64,000 nucleotides of DNA, from positions 10,958 to 74,957 of IMG/VR virus record IMGVR_UViG_3300046370_000598; one strand, 5' to 3'. A program made the translations under genes and the position numbers. Positions 41,006-51,412 of this stretch are shown here, one piece after another (within the stretch, counting starts at the first letter, position 1; every line of letters starts with the position of its first letter). The notes beneath the pieces are model-generated. The model was not told the DNA's origin. It made no database searches and was given only the letters and a program-made list of their open reading frames with translations. Origin of the DNA: a virus.

Positions 41006-42976
41006 ATGATTTTTGCGATAACAACTTTAATTTCAGCTTTAAGCATATCTTTAATCGCAGCCTATTTTAGTATTATAGGTCTAGCAACAATTTTCCCAGG
41101 TTCAATGTATGCAGTAATAGCTATGGGATCTGTTCTTGAGATAGGTAAAATTATAGCGTCTATTTGGTTGCATAAAAATTGGAGTGTTGCACCAAGAATG
41201 ATAAAAGTATACCTATTTTCTGCTATAGTAGTTTTGATGGGTATAACTAGCATGGGTATATTCGGCTTCTTGAGTAAGTCTCATATAGAACATGAACAAA
41301 ATACAGAAAAATCTATTGCTTTATCAAATCAAGTTGAAGCAAAAATCGAAAGAGAAAAAGAATATATATCAAGGCAAAAAGAACTTATAAAGCAAAACGA
41401 AGAAAAAAATAAAAATTTAAGCGATAAAAGTTCTGAGAATATAGAATTAGAACAAAAGAAAATATCTCAACTTTCAGAACAGCTACAAAAAGACATTTCG
41501 CTAGATCAAGACATGTTAACTTCTATAGAGGTTCGATTAAAAGAAATGAATCAGGAACTCTCTCAAATACAAAATAAATCTGGAGGTTTATTTTCAAGTA
41601 AGAAAAAAGATATTGAAAACAAAACCCAAGAGCAAAAGTCCGAAAGAGGAGAATTGTCTATTAAGAAAAAAGAGATAGAATCTCGCATATCAAAACATAG
41701 AGATGAAACCTCCGCACTTATATCAAATATTCGCAAAAGAATTCAAGATTATCAAGAAATTGGTTTTGAGAAACCTGAAAATATAGAACAGAAAATAGAA
41801 GAACTAAACATTAAAATTAGCGACTCTTTGGATAAAATAGATCAACTAGAGAAAGAAAAGTTCGATTTAGATGACGGATCTAGACAATTAGAAGCCGAAG
41901 TTGGACCAGTAAAATATGTAGCAGAACTAATAGCGGATCTCACAGGCATGGAATTTGATATGGGCAAAGCTGTAAGAATAGTAATAATTATATTAATTTT
42001 TGTATTTGACCCATTAGCTATATTACTTGTTCTTGCTGCGCATATTAGTTTATCGAAAACCTTTTCAAGTTTCTCTATTAATGAAGACGATATATTCGAA
42101 AAAAGATCTAAGCTTGAATTAAAGAAGAAACTACTCGACGATCAAGAACAAGACTTAGGAGAAAGGCAAAAAGACCTGGATCAGGAAGATAAGATATTAA
42201 AACTAAAGGAAGATCAAGTAGAAAAATATAAAGCAGAAATCTCTAAAAATAAAGAAAAAATTCGTCGATTAAAAATTGAGTCCGAAAAACAAATGCTTCA
42301 AAAAGAAGACACCTCTGAGATAATACTTGAAATACAATCTCTCGAAAAGCAAAAACAATCCGCAAAAAAAGAAATTGAAGAAATAAAAATAGAAAAAAAC
42401 GAAATCCTAAACAAAGCAGATGAAGCAATACAAAGCGCTAAAGAAATTAAAGTTGTACTCGGCGATCATAAAAAACAAAAAGATCAAATCAACGAATTAA
42501 AATCTGAAGTTTGTATGAACATAGAAAAATTCTCAGAATTTAAAAATCACATTAACTTGCTTGAATTGGAGAATATGGAACTTAAAAATAGAAAACTTCC
42601 TGACCCAAATCAAGATTTAATAAAAAAGATAGAGAGTCTAACTAGCCAAAAAAATACATTATTAGAAAAAAACTTAAAAGCGAAAAATCAAAAATTATTT
42701 AAAGTAAAGATTCGATCTTTAAATGAAAAAAACTTTGAGTTAACAATACCATCTGATCTTAGCGGAACTCACTGTTATTATAAAGAAGCAGACTTCACAG
42801 ATGAACAGTTGGAAGACTATTTAAATATAAGTAAAGATCTTGATGCAGAATGCCCTGAAAGAGATGCTGTAGCTCTTGATAAATTATATCATTATAAAAT
42901 CAATTTAATAGTAGACCCTAAAATTAGCAATAGAGAATACAAAAAACTTAGAGCTAATTATAAATTTAACCCTTGA
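41006..42976 (+). CDS. Membrane-anchored long coiled-coil protein (DUF4407-like)
   Basis: 3 N-terminal TM segments, EVGPVKY...IFVFDPLA TM, Lys/Glu coiled coils. Confidence 0.65.
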   Translation: MIFAITTLISALSISLIAAYFSIIGLATIFPGSMYAVIAMGSVLEIGKIIASIWLHKNWSVAPRMIKVYLFSAIVVLMGITSMGIFGFLSKSHIEHEQNTEKSIALSNQVEAKIEREKEYISRQKELIKQNEEKNKNLSDKSSENIELEQKKISQLSEQLQKDISLDQDMLTSIEVRLKEMNQELSQIQNKSGGLFSSKKKDIENKTQEQKSERGELSIKKKEIESRISKHRDETSALISNIRKRIQDYQEIGFEKPENIEQKIEELNIKISDSLDKIDQLEKEKFDLDDGSRQLEAEVGPVKYVAELIADLTGMEFDMGKAVRIVIIILIFVFDPLAILLVLAAHISLSKTFSSFSINEDDIFEKRSKLELKKKLLDDQEQDLGERQKDLDQEDKILKLKEDQVEKYKAEISKNKEKIRRLKIESEKQMLQKEDTSEIILEIQSLEKQKQSAKKEIEEIKIEKNEILNKADEAIQSAKEIKVVLGDHKKQKDQINELKSEVCMNIEKFSEFKNHINLLELENMELKNRKLPDPNQDLIKKIESLTSQKNTLLEKNLKAKNQKLFKVKIRSLNEKNFELTIPSDLSGTHCYYKEADFTDEQLEDYLNISKDLDAECPERDAVALDKLYHYKINLIVDPKISNREYKKLRANYKFNP

Positions 42977-43001
42977 CTTTTTCCTTTTAATTTGATACCC
43001 T
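42973..43001 (+). promoter_or_regulatory. Sigma70-like promoter for the recA operon
   Basis: TTGACT-17-TACCCT, GTG start 6 nt later. Confidence 0.5.
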
Positions 43002-43007
43002 CTAAGG

Positions 43008-43340
43008 GTGAAAAAATTAAACAAGAGGGAATGTATAAAAAGGATGGTGATCGAGCCTACAACTCAAAAACGCATGTTTTGGGCTAGGGAAATGAAAATG
43101 CTTAACGAACTCATAGGTAAATTTCCAAATTTAGATTTCTGGAGAAGAGCTTCGTTTCAAAAAGTCCCCTCTCTGTCTCACTTTAAATCAAGATATGGAT
43201 TAGAAAAAATATCTAAAATGTACAGAGAGTTTAATTACATCATACCTCCAAAAAAAGATATAATACTTGGAGAAAAAACTGGAAAAGATAAAATATTATC
43301 GAAAAAACCAAAAACAATTAGACAATTTATAGATGAGTAA
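43008..43340 (+). CDS. Hypothetical basic protein
   Basis: 110-aa ORF overlapping the recA start. Confidence 0.55.
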   Translation: MKKLNKRECIKRMVIEPTTQKRMFWAREMKMLNELIGKFPNLDFWRRASFQKVPSLSHFKSRYGLEKISKMYREFNYIIPPKKDIILGEKTGKDKILSKKPKTIRQFIDE

Positions 43341-44439
43341 AACAAAAGAAATAAATACTACCGATCAAATAGCCAAATTTCTTGGCGACAAAGACAATAA
43401 GAAATACCACTACAACTTCCATAATAGCGAAGATTACAAGATTTCCAGTGGTAGTCTAAATTTAGATATAGCGCTAGGTGGAGGCTTGCCAAGCGGAGCA
43501 CATAGATTTACCGGCATTAATGAAGGGGGCAAAACTAGCTGCGCTATGGCTTTTGCAAGAAATTTTCAAAAGCATTTCAAGAAAAATGGAATGATAATCT
43601 ACATTAAAAGTGAAGGAAGGTTTAGTTCAGAAATGATTGAGAGGTCAGGTATAGATACTGATCCAGAAAAATTTTTTGTTTTCGATTGCAATATTTTCGA
43701 AAAAGTCTTTGAGCTGATAAGAGAATTAGTTTTCAATAATGAAGATGATAAAAAATATATGTTCATTATAGATAGTGTAGATGCTCTTTGTAGGGTTGGA
43801 GATATAGATAAACCGTTTGCGGAGTCTGAGCAAGTTGCAGGTGGAGCTTTAATAACTTCTGTATTTTTAAAGAAAATGGTATTACCAATTACCAAAATGG
43901 GACACACAATGATATTAACTAGCCAAGTAAGGGTGGAGGTAGCAACAAATCCATACGCCTCAAGAGGAGGGCCAAAAGTCAAGCAGGCGGGTGGAAACGC
44001 TATCAAGCATTATGCTAACTTTATCTTAGAGTTCCAGGAAAGGTACAATTCAGATCTTATCTTTAAAAACCCAACTGCATCAAAACTGGAAGACAAGGGT
44101 GAACCAATCGGCCATTATTGTAAAATAAAATTCAGAAAAAGCGTAAATGAAAAAACAGGCTCTACTGCAAGATACCCAATTAAATACGGACAAAAAAATG
44201 GCAAGTCAGTATGGAGAGCGAGGGAAATACTTGACATGTTATATCTGTTCAACCTAATAGAAAAAAAAGGTGCTTGGATATCAGTCTCAGAAGACTTGGT
44301 CTCCGAGCTGAGTAATAAAAAAATAGAAATTAGTGAAAAGTTTCAAGGCGAGCAAAGGCTAATAGATTTTTTAGAAGAAAACGAAGATGCCTCAAAATTT
44401 TTATACGAAGATTTTAAAAAGTTAGTTAATGCGATTTAA
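43333..44439 (+). CDS. recA: RecA/UvsX-like recombinase
   Basis: SSGSLNLDIALGGGLP, Walker A GINEGGKT, IIDSV, GGNAIKHYA. Confidence 0.9.
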   Translation: MSKTKEINTTDQIAKFLGDKDNKKYHYNFHNSEDYKISSGSLNLDIALGGGLPSGAHRFTGINEGGKTSCAMAFARNFQKHFKKNGMIIYIKSEGRFSSEMIERSGIDTDPEKFFVFDCNIFEKVFELIRELVFNNEDDKKYMFIIDSVDALCRVGDIDKPFAESEQVAGGALITSVFLKKMVLPITKMGHTMILTSQVRVEVATNPYASRGGPKVKQAGGNAIKHYANFILEFQERYNSDLIFKNPTASKLEDKGEPIGHYCKIKFRKSVNEKTGSTARYPIKYGQKNGKSVWRAREILDMLYLFNLIEKKGAWISVSEDLVSELSNKKIEISEKFQGEQRLIDFLEENEDASKFLYEDFKKLVNAI

Positions 44440-44839
44440 TACTTTAACAGGCGCAACAAGAACTGTTAAAAAAGCCAAAAACTATCTAATAGACTGGGAC
44501 TCTCCAAGCAGGAGTAAAATACAGTTTCAAACAAAACAATTTTTAAAAAAATATTGGGCAAAACATATAGTATTTGAAGAATTTCCTGTTGCAGGAACAA
44601 AGCTATCTTTAGATTTTTATAACGCAAATAAAAAAATAGCCGTAGAGGTTCAAGGTAAACAGCATACCAAGTACGTACCCTTTTTTCATGGTAAAAATAA
44701 AATTAACTATTTAAATCAATTAAAAAGAGATCAGGATAAATTAAAATTTTGCGAAGCAAATGACATTCAATTGGTTGAGGTCTATCAAGATGACAAAATA
44801 AATGAAAAACTTTTTCAAAGTTTTGGTGTTAATCTATAA
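44429..44839 (+). CDS. PD-(D/E)XK / DUF559-like endonuclease
   Basis: EEFPV...LDFY...AVEVQGKQH...RD..K..FC. Confidence 0.75.
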   Translation: MRFNTLTGATRTVKKAKNYLIDWDSPSRSKIQFQTKQFLKKYWAKHIVFEEFPVAGTKLSLDFYNANKKIAVEVQGKQHTKYVPFFHGKNKINYLNQLKRDQDKLKFCEANDIQLVEVYQDDKINEKLFQSFGVNL

Positions 44840-44856
44840 TTCGTGTATTATATAAT

Positions 44857-45138
44857 ATGAGCGATGACTTTATAGATCCGGAAAATCTTTCTGAATTTAA
44901 TTTGCCTGAAAGTATACTTAGACAATTATTTGAATTTACAGGATCTTCTATGGGTGACAGCGGCTTCATATTATCTTATGTTAATCAAGATGGACTTCCA
45001 GCTGTCCTAACAAAGGCCTCGTCTCCTATTGTTGAGATGGGCTTAAGAAAAGCTTTAGAGCAATACCTTGAGCAATTATCCTCCCAAGAAATAGAGTTAA
45101 ATTTTCCACCCGATTCTAACGACGAAGAAAACTCTTGA
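44857..45138 (+). CDS. Hypothetical acidic protein
   Basis: 93-aa ORF after GTGTATTATA. Confidence 0.55.
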   Translation: MSDDFIDPENLSEFNLPESILRQLFEFTGSSMGDSGFILSYVNQDGLPAVLTKASSPIVEMGLRKALEQYLEQLSSQEIELNFPPDSNDEENS

Positions 45139-45163
45139 CATTTCTGCATCTTTATATTAAGAT
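45135..45163 (+). promoter_or_regulatory. Sigma70-type promoter, leaderless
   Basis: TTGACA-17-TAAGAT, ATG 45170 6 nt later. Confidence 0.75.
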
Positions 45164-45169
45164 GTAGGC

Positions 45170-46684
45170 ATGATATATTCTTACGAATTAGAACAACATT
45201 TAATCGCGGGCTTAATAAAATATCCAGAATCTTATCCGCTTATCGCAGCGTTTATAGATAAAGATGATTTTTTTGATAAGAACACAATTGTAAATAAGAC
45301 TATTTTCTGCGTACTTCGACAAGCATTAGAGTCAGGAGACTCTCTAGATGAAGTGCTAATAGCTCAAAGAGTCCAATCTCTTAATATATCTTTTGAAGAT
45401 AATATAAACATTGCAGACTATATTAAAGCGCTTTCTATGAGACAAATTTCTAAAGATGGAGTTGTGAAAGCAGCGAAAGAGTTAAAAAAAATAACTGTAC
45501 GAAGAGAAATACACGACGCATCTATTGATGTTGCTAAAAATATGAAATCGATGCCTTCAAGCTCGACATTTGATGATATAGTTGGCGAAGCAGATAAAAT
45601 TTATAACGACAAAATAAATTTATATGAGATTGGTTCAAATAAGCCTGAAAATTTATTTGAGGACATGGAAGACTTTATAGAAGAAAGGGGAAATAATCCT
45701 ATTGATGAATTTGGATTGATGGGTCCACATGCAAGAACTAATGAACTTTACGGCTCCCTACTGAGGCCTGGAAATATAACCGTTGTAGTTGCTAGAGCTG
45801 GAGTTGGTAAAACTCAGTTTTGCATGGACTTTTGCACTAAAGTTTCTGAGATAAATAATAATGTACCTATATTGCATTTTGATAACGGAGAAATGAGTAA
45901 AGAAGAATTAATAATAAGACAGTGCTCAGCAATATCAGGAGTTCCAATGCATTTACTTGAGACTGGGAGGTGGAGACAAGCAGGAAAAGAAGTTATAGAT
46001 AAAGTAAGAAGTACATGGTCTAAGATAAAAAAATTTAAATTTTACTACTACAACGTTGCAGGTCACTCCGCAGACAGTATGTTAAATATAATTAGAAGGT
46101 TTTATTTTTCTGAAGTTGGAAGGGGAAAACCTATGATTTTTAGCTTTGACTATATTAAGACGAGTTACGAGCGTCAAAATGGAGTTTCCTCCTGGGAGAG
46201 TGTTGGTAGAATGGTTGATAAATTTAAACAATTAATTCAAAAAGAGTTGTGCTTTAATAATAAGCCTGCAGTTGCAATGCTGACAAGCGTACAAAGTAAT
46301 AGGCTTGGAATTACAAATAACAGAAACTCCGAAAATGTTGTCGATGATGAGAGTATTGTTTCTCTGTCAGATCAAATTACTCAGTTTTGTTCTCACTTAT
46401 TTCTTCTTCGGCAGAAAACAATGGATGAAATTCAATCGGAGCCCGAGAATTTTGGAACGCATAAATTAATATGCTTAAAATATCGGTGGCTTGGAGAAAA
46501 TGTTCATAGAGCATTACAACCTGTGGAAATGCCAGATGGAAGCAAAAAGAAAAATTATCTAAATTTACATATAGAAAATTTTAATATTTCAGAACGCGGA
46601 GACTTGCAAGATATGGTTGACCATATAAATTCTGAAGGGGTAGGTGTTCTTCCTGGCTTGGGAGAAGAGATTCCAGATCTATAA
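45170..46684 (+). CDS. dnaB: Replicative DNA helicase
   Basis: DnaB N-domain, Walker A ARAGVGKT, GEMS, FDYIK, QSNR. Confidence 0.9.
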   Translation: MIYSYELEQHLIAGLIKYPESYPLIAAFIDKDDFFDKNTIVNKTIFCVLRQALESGDSLDEVLIAQRVQSLNISFEDNINIADYIKALSMRQISKDGVVKAAKELKKITVRREIHDASIDVAKNMKSMPSSSTFDDIVGEADKIYNDKINLYEIGSNKPENLFEDMEDFIEERGNNPIDEFGLMGPHARTNELYGSLLRPGNITVVVARAGVGKTQFCMDFCTKVSEINNNVPILHFDNGEMSKEELIIRQCSAISGVPMHLLETGRWRQAGKEVIDKVRSTWSKIKKFKFYYYNVAGHSADSMLNIIRRFYFSEVGRGKPMIFSFDYIKTSYERQNGVSSWESVGRMVDKFKQLIQKELCFNNKPAVAMLTSVQSNRLGITNNRNSENVVDDESIVSLSDQITQFCSHLFLLRQKTMDEIQSEPENFGTHKLICLKYRWLGENVHRALQPVEMPDGSKKKNYLNLHIENFNISERGDLQDMVDHINSEGVGVLPGLGEEIPDL

Positions 46685-46685
46685 T

Positions 46686-47720
46686 ATGTCTCCAGAAAAA
46701 ATTAAAGAATCTTTAATAAGATTAGGTTATAAACTTTCAGATAGAGGTGCATACTGGCAAACTAATGCTTTATTCAGAAATGGTGATAACAAAACTGCAA
46801 TACAAATATATAAAAACACAGGAGTATGGAAAGATCATGTGCAAAATAGCTCTTTTGCTCCATTTAAAAGATTAGTTCAAGTAACATTAGGAACTAATGA
46901 CGAAAAACAATTAAAGCAATTCATAGAAGAAGATAATCTCGGAGCAAATTATAATAAAATATCAATTCAGGAGAAAATAGAAATGGAAGAAATTTACCCA
47001 GAAGAATGTCTCGATAGACTTTTACCTCATTATAAATTTTATAATGAAAAAGGTATTTCCGATGAAACTTTAACGCCTTTAAAGGGAGGTTATGCAACAA
47101 CTGGAAAATTGAACGGAAGATTTGTTTTTCCTATATATAATGAACATAAACAGATTCACGGCTTCTCTGGAAGAGATATGACCAATTCTTCTTCTCGCCC
47201 AAAATGGAAACATGTTGGTAGGAAGAAGGGATGGATATATCCACTGTATGTTTCACCCAAAGTTAAAGAATCTATTTTAAACACCAAGCAAATAATTTTC
47301 GTAGAAAGCATAGGAGATTTATTAAATTTAAATGAAAATGGATTTAATAATGTTCTTGTTACTTTTGGCTTAGATATCTCAACAAAATTAATTTGCTCAA
47401 CATTATCTTTAGACGTAAACGAAATAGTAATATCATTAAATAATGATTCCCAATCCACTCGAAATAGAGGTCTAGAAGCAAGTATAAAAAATTATTTAAA
47501 GTTATTAAATTATTATAATCCAGAAAAAATAAAAATATGCCTACCTACGGCAAAAGACTTTGGGGATATGTCTCAAGATAACTTTAACTCTTGGCGAAAA
47601 AAGCTACAATCTATTACGGGAGAAGATCAACAAAAATTCATTATAGAAAAAATAAACGAAATATACAAAACTTTACCAAAAAATTTATTAAAAAACAAAA
47701 AAATAATATCCAATGAGTGA
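46686..47720 (+). CDS. dnaG: DNA primase (TOPRIM)
   Basis: RFVFPIY...GFSGR...PKWKH, FVESIGD, DFGDM; probable start MSPEK at 46686. Confidence 0.85.
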   Translation: MSPEKIKESLIRLGYKLSDRGAYWQTNALFRNGDNKTAIQIYKNTGVWKDHVQNSSFAPFKRLVQVTLGTNDEKQLKQFIEEDNLGANYNKISIQEKIEMEEIYPEECLDRLLPHYKFYNEKGISDETLTPLKGGYATTGKLNGRFVFPIYNEHKQIHGFSGRDMTNSSSRPKWKHVGRKKGWIYPLYVSPKVKESILNTKQIIFVESIGDLLNLNENGFNNVLVTFGLDISTKLICSTLSLDVNEIVISLNNDSQSTRNRGLEASIKNYLKLLNYYNPEKIKICLPTAKDFGDMSQDNFNSWRKKLQSITGEDQQKFIIEKINEIYKTLPKNLLKNKKIISNE

Positions 47721-48789
47721 ATTAACAAAACTTTCGGCGAGCAGAATTAAAACCGCACAACAATGTTCTTGGACTTATTGGTGCAATTACAAATTAAAAT
47801 TACCCCAATCAGGTAACGATGGATCAAGCAGGGGGACGATCTGTCATAATGTGTTTGAACTTCTGGGAGATCATCACAAATCAGAATTTAATAAAATCAT
47901 CAAAGAAGGAACAATTTGGAATACTAAAGTGATTGCTGCTCAAGTTAAAAAAGAAGCGGAAGATTTGAGCGTCTCAGATAAAGAGAATTTAGATCTTATA
48001 GATGAAATGATAGTCAATGGCCTTAGGTGTGATTTTTTTGGAGACAACGAAGAAAAACCTGTTCTTGCAGAGTCTGAAAAATTCTTCGATCTTGAAATCA
48101 ACAAAGAAGATAAAGGTATTAGATATGCAATAAGAGGGTATATAGATAAGTTGTTTGTATATAAAGATAACTCTGTTATCATTCGGGACTTTAAAAGCAG
48201 CAAGTCAGTATTTAAAGGAAAAGAAGTGACAGATAATTTACAAAATTTAATTTACTCTTTAGCTGTAAAACATCTAATGCCAGAAACTAAACCTCAAAGT
48301 GAATTTTTATTTTTAAGATTTGATTTAGATAAAGACCTGTTAGGTAATTGCGGAAAAGGTTATCTCAAAATGGATAAAATCACAGAAGAAGAACTAGAAG
48401 GGTTCGAGTATCAATTAACTCAATTTCAAAACTATCTGGATAACTTTGACGAAGATGCAGCAACAAGCAATTTCGCTGCACGACAAGATTACCCTAGAGA
48501 CGGAACCTTTGGAGGTCCACTAGCTTGCGGTAAGGATGGATTTAAAATGTCTAAAGGGGAGCCCATTCTCGACAAGAACGGAGACCCTATAAAAGCTTTT
48601 ATATGCCCATACAGAAAACCTATGGAATATTATGCATTAAAAGATTCTGATGGAAAAATTAAAAAAACTTCTTTCATAGAAAATAAACATGAATTAGAAA
48701 TTGAAGACGGAGACGAAATTGTTAAAATGAAATATGACGGATGCCCACACTGGCAAAAAAAACAAATAATAGATGATTTCCTTCAGTAA
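47713..48789 (+). CDS. PD-(D/E)XK Cas4/RecB-like exonuclease
   Basis: LSASRIK..QC, GTICH, GYIDKL, DFKS, C-terminal cysteines. Confidence 0.8.
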   Translation: MSELTKLSASRIKTAQQCSWTYWCNYKLKLPQSGNDGSSRGTICHNVFELLGDHHKSEFNKIIKEGTIWNTKVIAAQVKKEAEDLSVSDKENLDLIDEMIVNGLRCDFFGDNEEKPVLAESEKFFDLEINKEDKGIRYAIRGYIDKLFVYKDNSVIIRDFKSSKSVFKGKEVTDNLQNLIYSLAVKHLMPETKPQSEFLFLRFDLDKDLLGNCGKGYLKMDKITEEELEGFEYQLTQFQNYLDNFDEDAATSNFAARQDYPRDGTFGGPLACGKDGFKMSKGEPILDKNGDPIKAFICPYRKPMEYYALKDSDGKIKKTSFIENKHELEIEDGDEIVKMKYDGCPHWQKKQIIDDFLQ

Positions 48790-48800
48790 TATTTCCCTTA

Positions 48801-49703
48801 ATGAAAATAAGTTTTATCATAATAACAAACGCGTCTAAGCCAAAAAAATTAATTAATGAAATAGAAAGTATATATGATCAAAAAATAAAAGAGTTTGAAA
48901 TAATAATTTCTGGAGATAAAAAAAATTTAAATCTACCAAAAGAAAATGTAAAATTTATTTCAGCAAAAAAAGAGGCTAAAGTTGGAGCTCTTGGAGCTAT
49001 GAGAAACAAAGCTTGTAGGATTGCTCAATATGACAATTTAGTTATATCAGATGATGATATGTTATTTTGTAAAGATTGGTATAAAAATATATCCTCTCAA
49101 AAATCAGATTTTGATATACTTACCCCTGAAGTTAAACTTCCCGATGGAACTAGATTCTGGGATCATTGTTGCTATCAAAGCCCAGTTAATGGACATTCAA
49201 TATTAGAAGAAAATGAAACAGATGAATATCTATATATGTCTGGCGGACAAAGTTGGGTAATGAAAAAACATGTGTGGAATAAAGTTAAATGGGATGAATC
49301 TATTGAAATATACAAAATGAAAAATATCAAAGATTACAAACAAGGAAAGCATAACGAAGATACAGATTTTGCTTTGCGCTGTCGGAATGCTGGATTTAAA
49401 ATTACCCACAATCGCAATATTCAAGTAGTCCACAATGACGCTTCTTATACTTCGGTCGGGCGCTTAGTAAGAAGAAGAATTCATAAAAGCCAAAACTGGT
49501 GCAAAGAATTAAACTTTCCGCATAAAATAAACCTAGAAATAGCCAAACTTCTTTTATCTTATGGGGTAGAAGCGGAAGCTGTAGACTTATTAAGAAAATG
49601 CTCCTTAGAAGGCGACATGTCTGCAGACTTAGCCTTAGAAGATTTAGAAAATTCTAGAGGCGGTAGACTAAAAAACACAAACTTCCAATTTCATGAAAAA
49701 TAA
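48801..49703 (+). CDS. GT2 glycosyltransferase
   Basis: RNKAC...SDDD, EDTDFALR. Confidence 0.75.
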   Translation: MKISFIIITNASKPKKLINEIESIYDQKIKEFEIIISGDKKNLNLPKENVKFISAKKEAKVGALGAMRNKACRIAQYDNLVISDDDMLFCKDWYKNISSQKSDFDILTPEVKLPDGTRFWDHCCYQSPVNGHSILEENETDEYLYMSGGQSWVMKKHVWNKVKWDESIEIYKMKNIKDYKQGKHNEDTDFALRCRNAGFKITHNRNIQVVHNDASYTSVGRLVRRRIHKSQNWCKELNFPHKINLEIAKLLLSYGVEAEAVDLLRKCSLEGDMSADLALEDLENSRGGRLKNTNFQFHEK

Positions 49704-50379
49704 AGTAGGATTATTAATTATAGCAACTAATAAATATATTGATTTCGCGGTCAATTTAATTCGTAGTGCAGATAAACATTTTTTAATTAATCAAAATGTA
49801 GAATATTTTCTTTTCACAGATCATTCTGATTTAAAAATTGATTCTCAAAGAAAGATCAATATTATAAAAATAAATCATTCGCCTTGGCCTTGGATGACTC
49901 TGGGTAGATATAAAATATTCAATGATCACAAAGCTTTATTGCAGTATCAAGATTATCTTTTTTATTGCGATGCAGATATGAGATTTTCAGATTCTGTGGG
50001 AAATGAAATACTAAGCGACAGGGTCGCAACTCAGCATCCAGGATATTATGGTACTCGAGGCACACCAGAAACAAATCCAAAATCTTTAGCTTGTGTATTT
50101 CCTTTTGAGTACATGCAATACTTCGCTGGTGGATTCAATGGAGGTTCAAGTTCAGAATACTTAAAAATGGCAGAAAGACTATCAGGAAATATTCAACACG
50201 ATTACAACAATGGGATTATTGCAGTTTGGCATGATGAAAGTCATATTAATAGATACTTTATAGATAATCCCCCAACACAAATCCTCGACCCGGGATATTG
50301 TTATGGAGAAAGCCTTAAACCTCCGTTCGCTCCTAGATTAATAGCGTTAGATAAGAATCATAAAGAGTTAAGATCCTAA
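49693..50379 (+). CDS. GT6 (ABO-type alpha-1,3-GalNAc/Gal transferase)
   Basis: IATNKYI, FTD, WP..TL.R, DADM, YFAGGFNGG, AVWHDESHINRY. Confidence 0.9.
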   Translation: MKNKVGLLIIATNKYIDFAVNLIRSADKHFLINQNVEYFLFTDHSDLKIDSQRKINIIKINHSPWPWMTLGRYKIFNDHKALLQYQDYLFYCDADMRFSDSVGNEILSDRVATQHPGYYGTRGTPETNPKSLACVFPFEYMQYFAGGFNGGSSSEYLKMAERLSGNIQHDYNNGIIAVWHDESHINRYFIDNPPTQILDPGYCYGESLKPPFAPRLIALDKNHKELRS

Positions 50380-51044
50380 TGAATGGTATTTCTATTCTTT
50401 TAGCTTCGTACAACGGAGAAAAATACATAAAACAAAGTATTGATTCCATAATAAACCAAACATTTAAAAAATGGGAATTACTTATTGGATTCAATGGAAC
50501 TACAGACAAAACAAAAGATATTGTCAATCAATATAAAGACGAAAGAATAAAAATTTTTGATTACGAAGATGACAAAGGTAAAGCCAAAACCTTAAATAAA
50601 TTAATTCAAGAAGCTCAATTTGATTACTGCTCAATTCAAGATGATGATGATCTTTGGTGGCCACCTAAACTACACGAACAGTCTAAACTCCTAGAAGAAT
50701 ATCAAGTTATAGGTACTTACATATATTATATAAATTCAAAAAATCAAATTGTCGGAGCTCCATATCTCTGCAGAAATCATCAAGCTATTAAAAATAGATG
50801 CCAAAGAGGTATTAATCAAATTGCTAATTCAAGCGCAGTTTTTTCTAAATCTAAAGTATTATCTGTTGGAGGGTGGAATGAAGATTTGGATAACTTAGCG
50901 GATAAAGGTGTTCAACCTAAAGAAGATTTTGATTTGTGGTTAAGGCTATTAAAAAATGGATCTAAATTTTGTAACATTCCAGAATACTTAACCTTACATA
51001 GAATACATAAAAAAAGCAACTTTAATTCAATTCCTAAAAAATGA
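50379..51044 (+). CDS. GT2 glycosyltransferase
   Basis: SILLASYNGEKYI, QDDDD, EDFDLWLR. Confidence 0.85.
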   Translation: MNGISILLASYNGEKYIKQSIDSIINQTFKKWELLIGFNGTTDKTKDIVNQYKDERIKIFDYEDDKGKAKTLNKLIQEAQFDYCSIQDDDDLWWPPKLHEQSKLLEEYQVIGTYIYYINSKNQIVGAPYLCRNHQAIKNRCQRGINQIANSSAVFSKSKVLSVGGWNEDLDNLADKGVQPKEDFDLWLRLLKNGSKFCNIPEYLTLHRIHKKSNFNSIPKK

Positions 51045-51412
51045 TTTTATCTGAAACATGCTTAAAACATTGGATTAAATTTCCCTATGATACTTCTGAC
51101 GCTATTGCAAAAATAGGTGTTCACTACATTTTTTCTGTTAAAAATTCTATTCATTATAAAACTTTAGAATCTCAAAATTACGAAAATTACGAACATTTAA
51201 TTTCATCAACAAACCAAAGAGAACATTCTATAAAAAACTTTAATAAATTATTAAATAATTTCGACCTCAAAAAAGTTGGAAAAATAAAACTAGAATATAA
51301 TAAATCAATAAATAAATTTTTAGTTAATGATGGATGCCACAGACTTGCGATTATTATGTATAAGAAAATATTTAAAACTGAAATACCCAACGAATATATA
51401 ATTTATGAATAG
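51041..51412 (+). CDS. ParB/Srx-like domain protein
   Basis: VNDGCHRLA. Confidence 0.45.
   Translation: MILSETCLKHWIKFPYDTSDAIAKIGVHYIFSVKNSIHYKTLESQNYENYEHLISSTNQREHSIKNFNKLLNNFDLKKVGKIKLEYNKSINKFLVNDGCHRLAIIMYKKIFKTEIPNEYIIYE

Noticed and set aside
47713-48789. Cas4 as part of a CRISPR adaptation module
   Set aside because: Solo PD-(D/E)XK exonuclease coupled to primase/helicase, a normal phage replication context; no cas1/cas2
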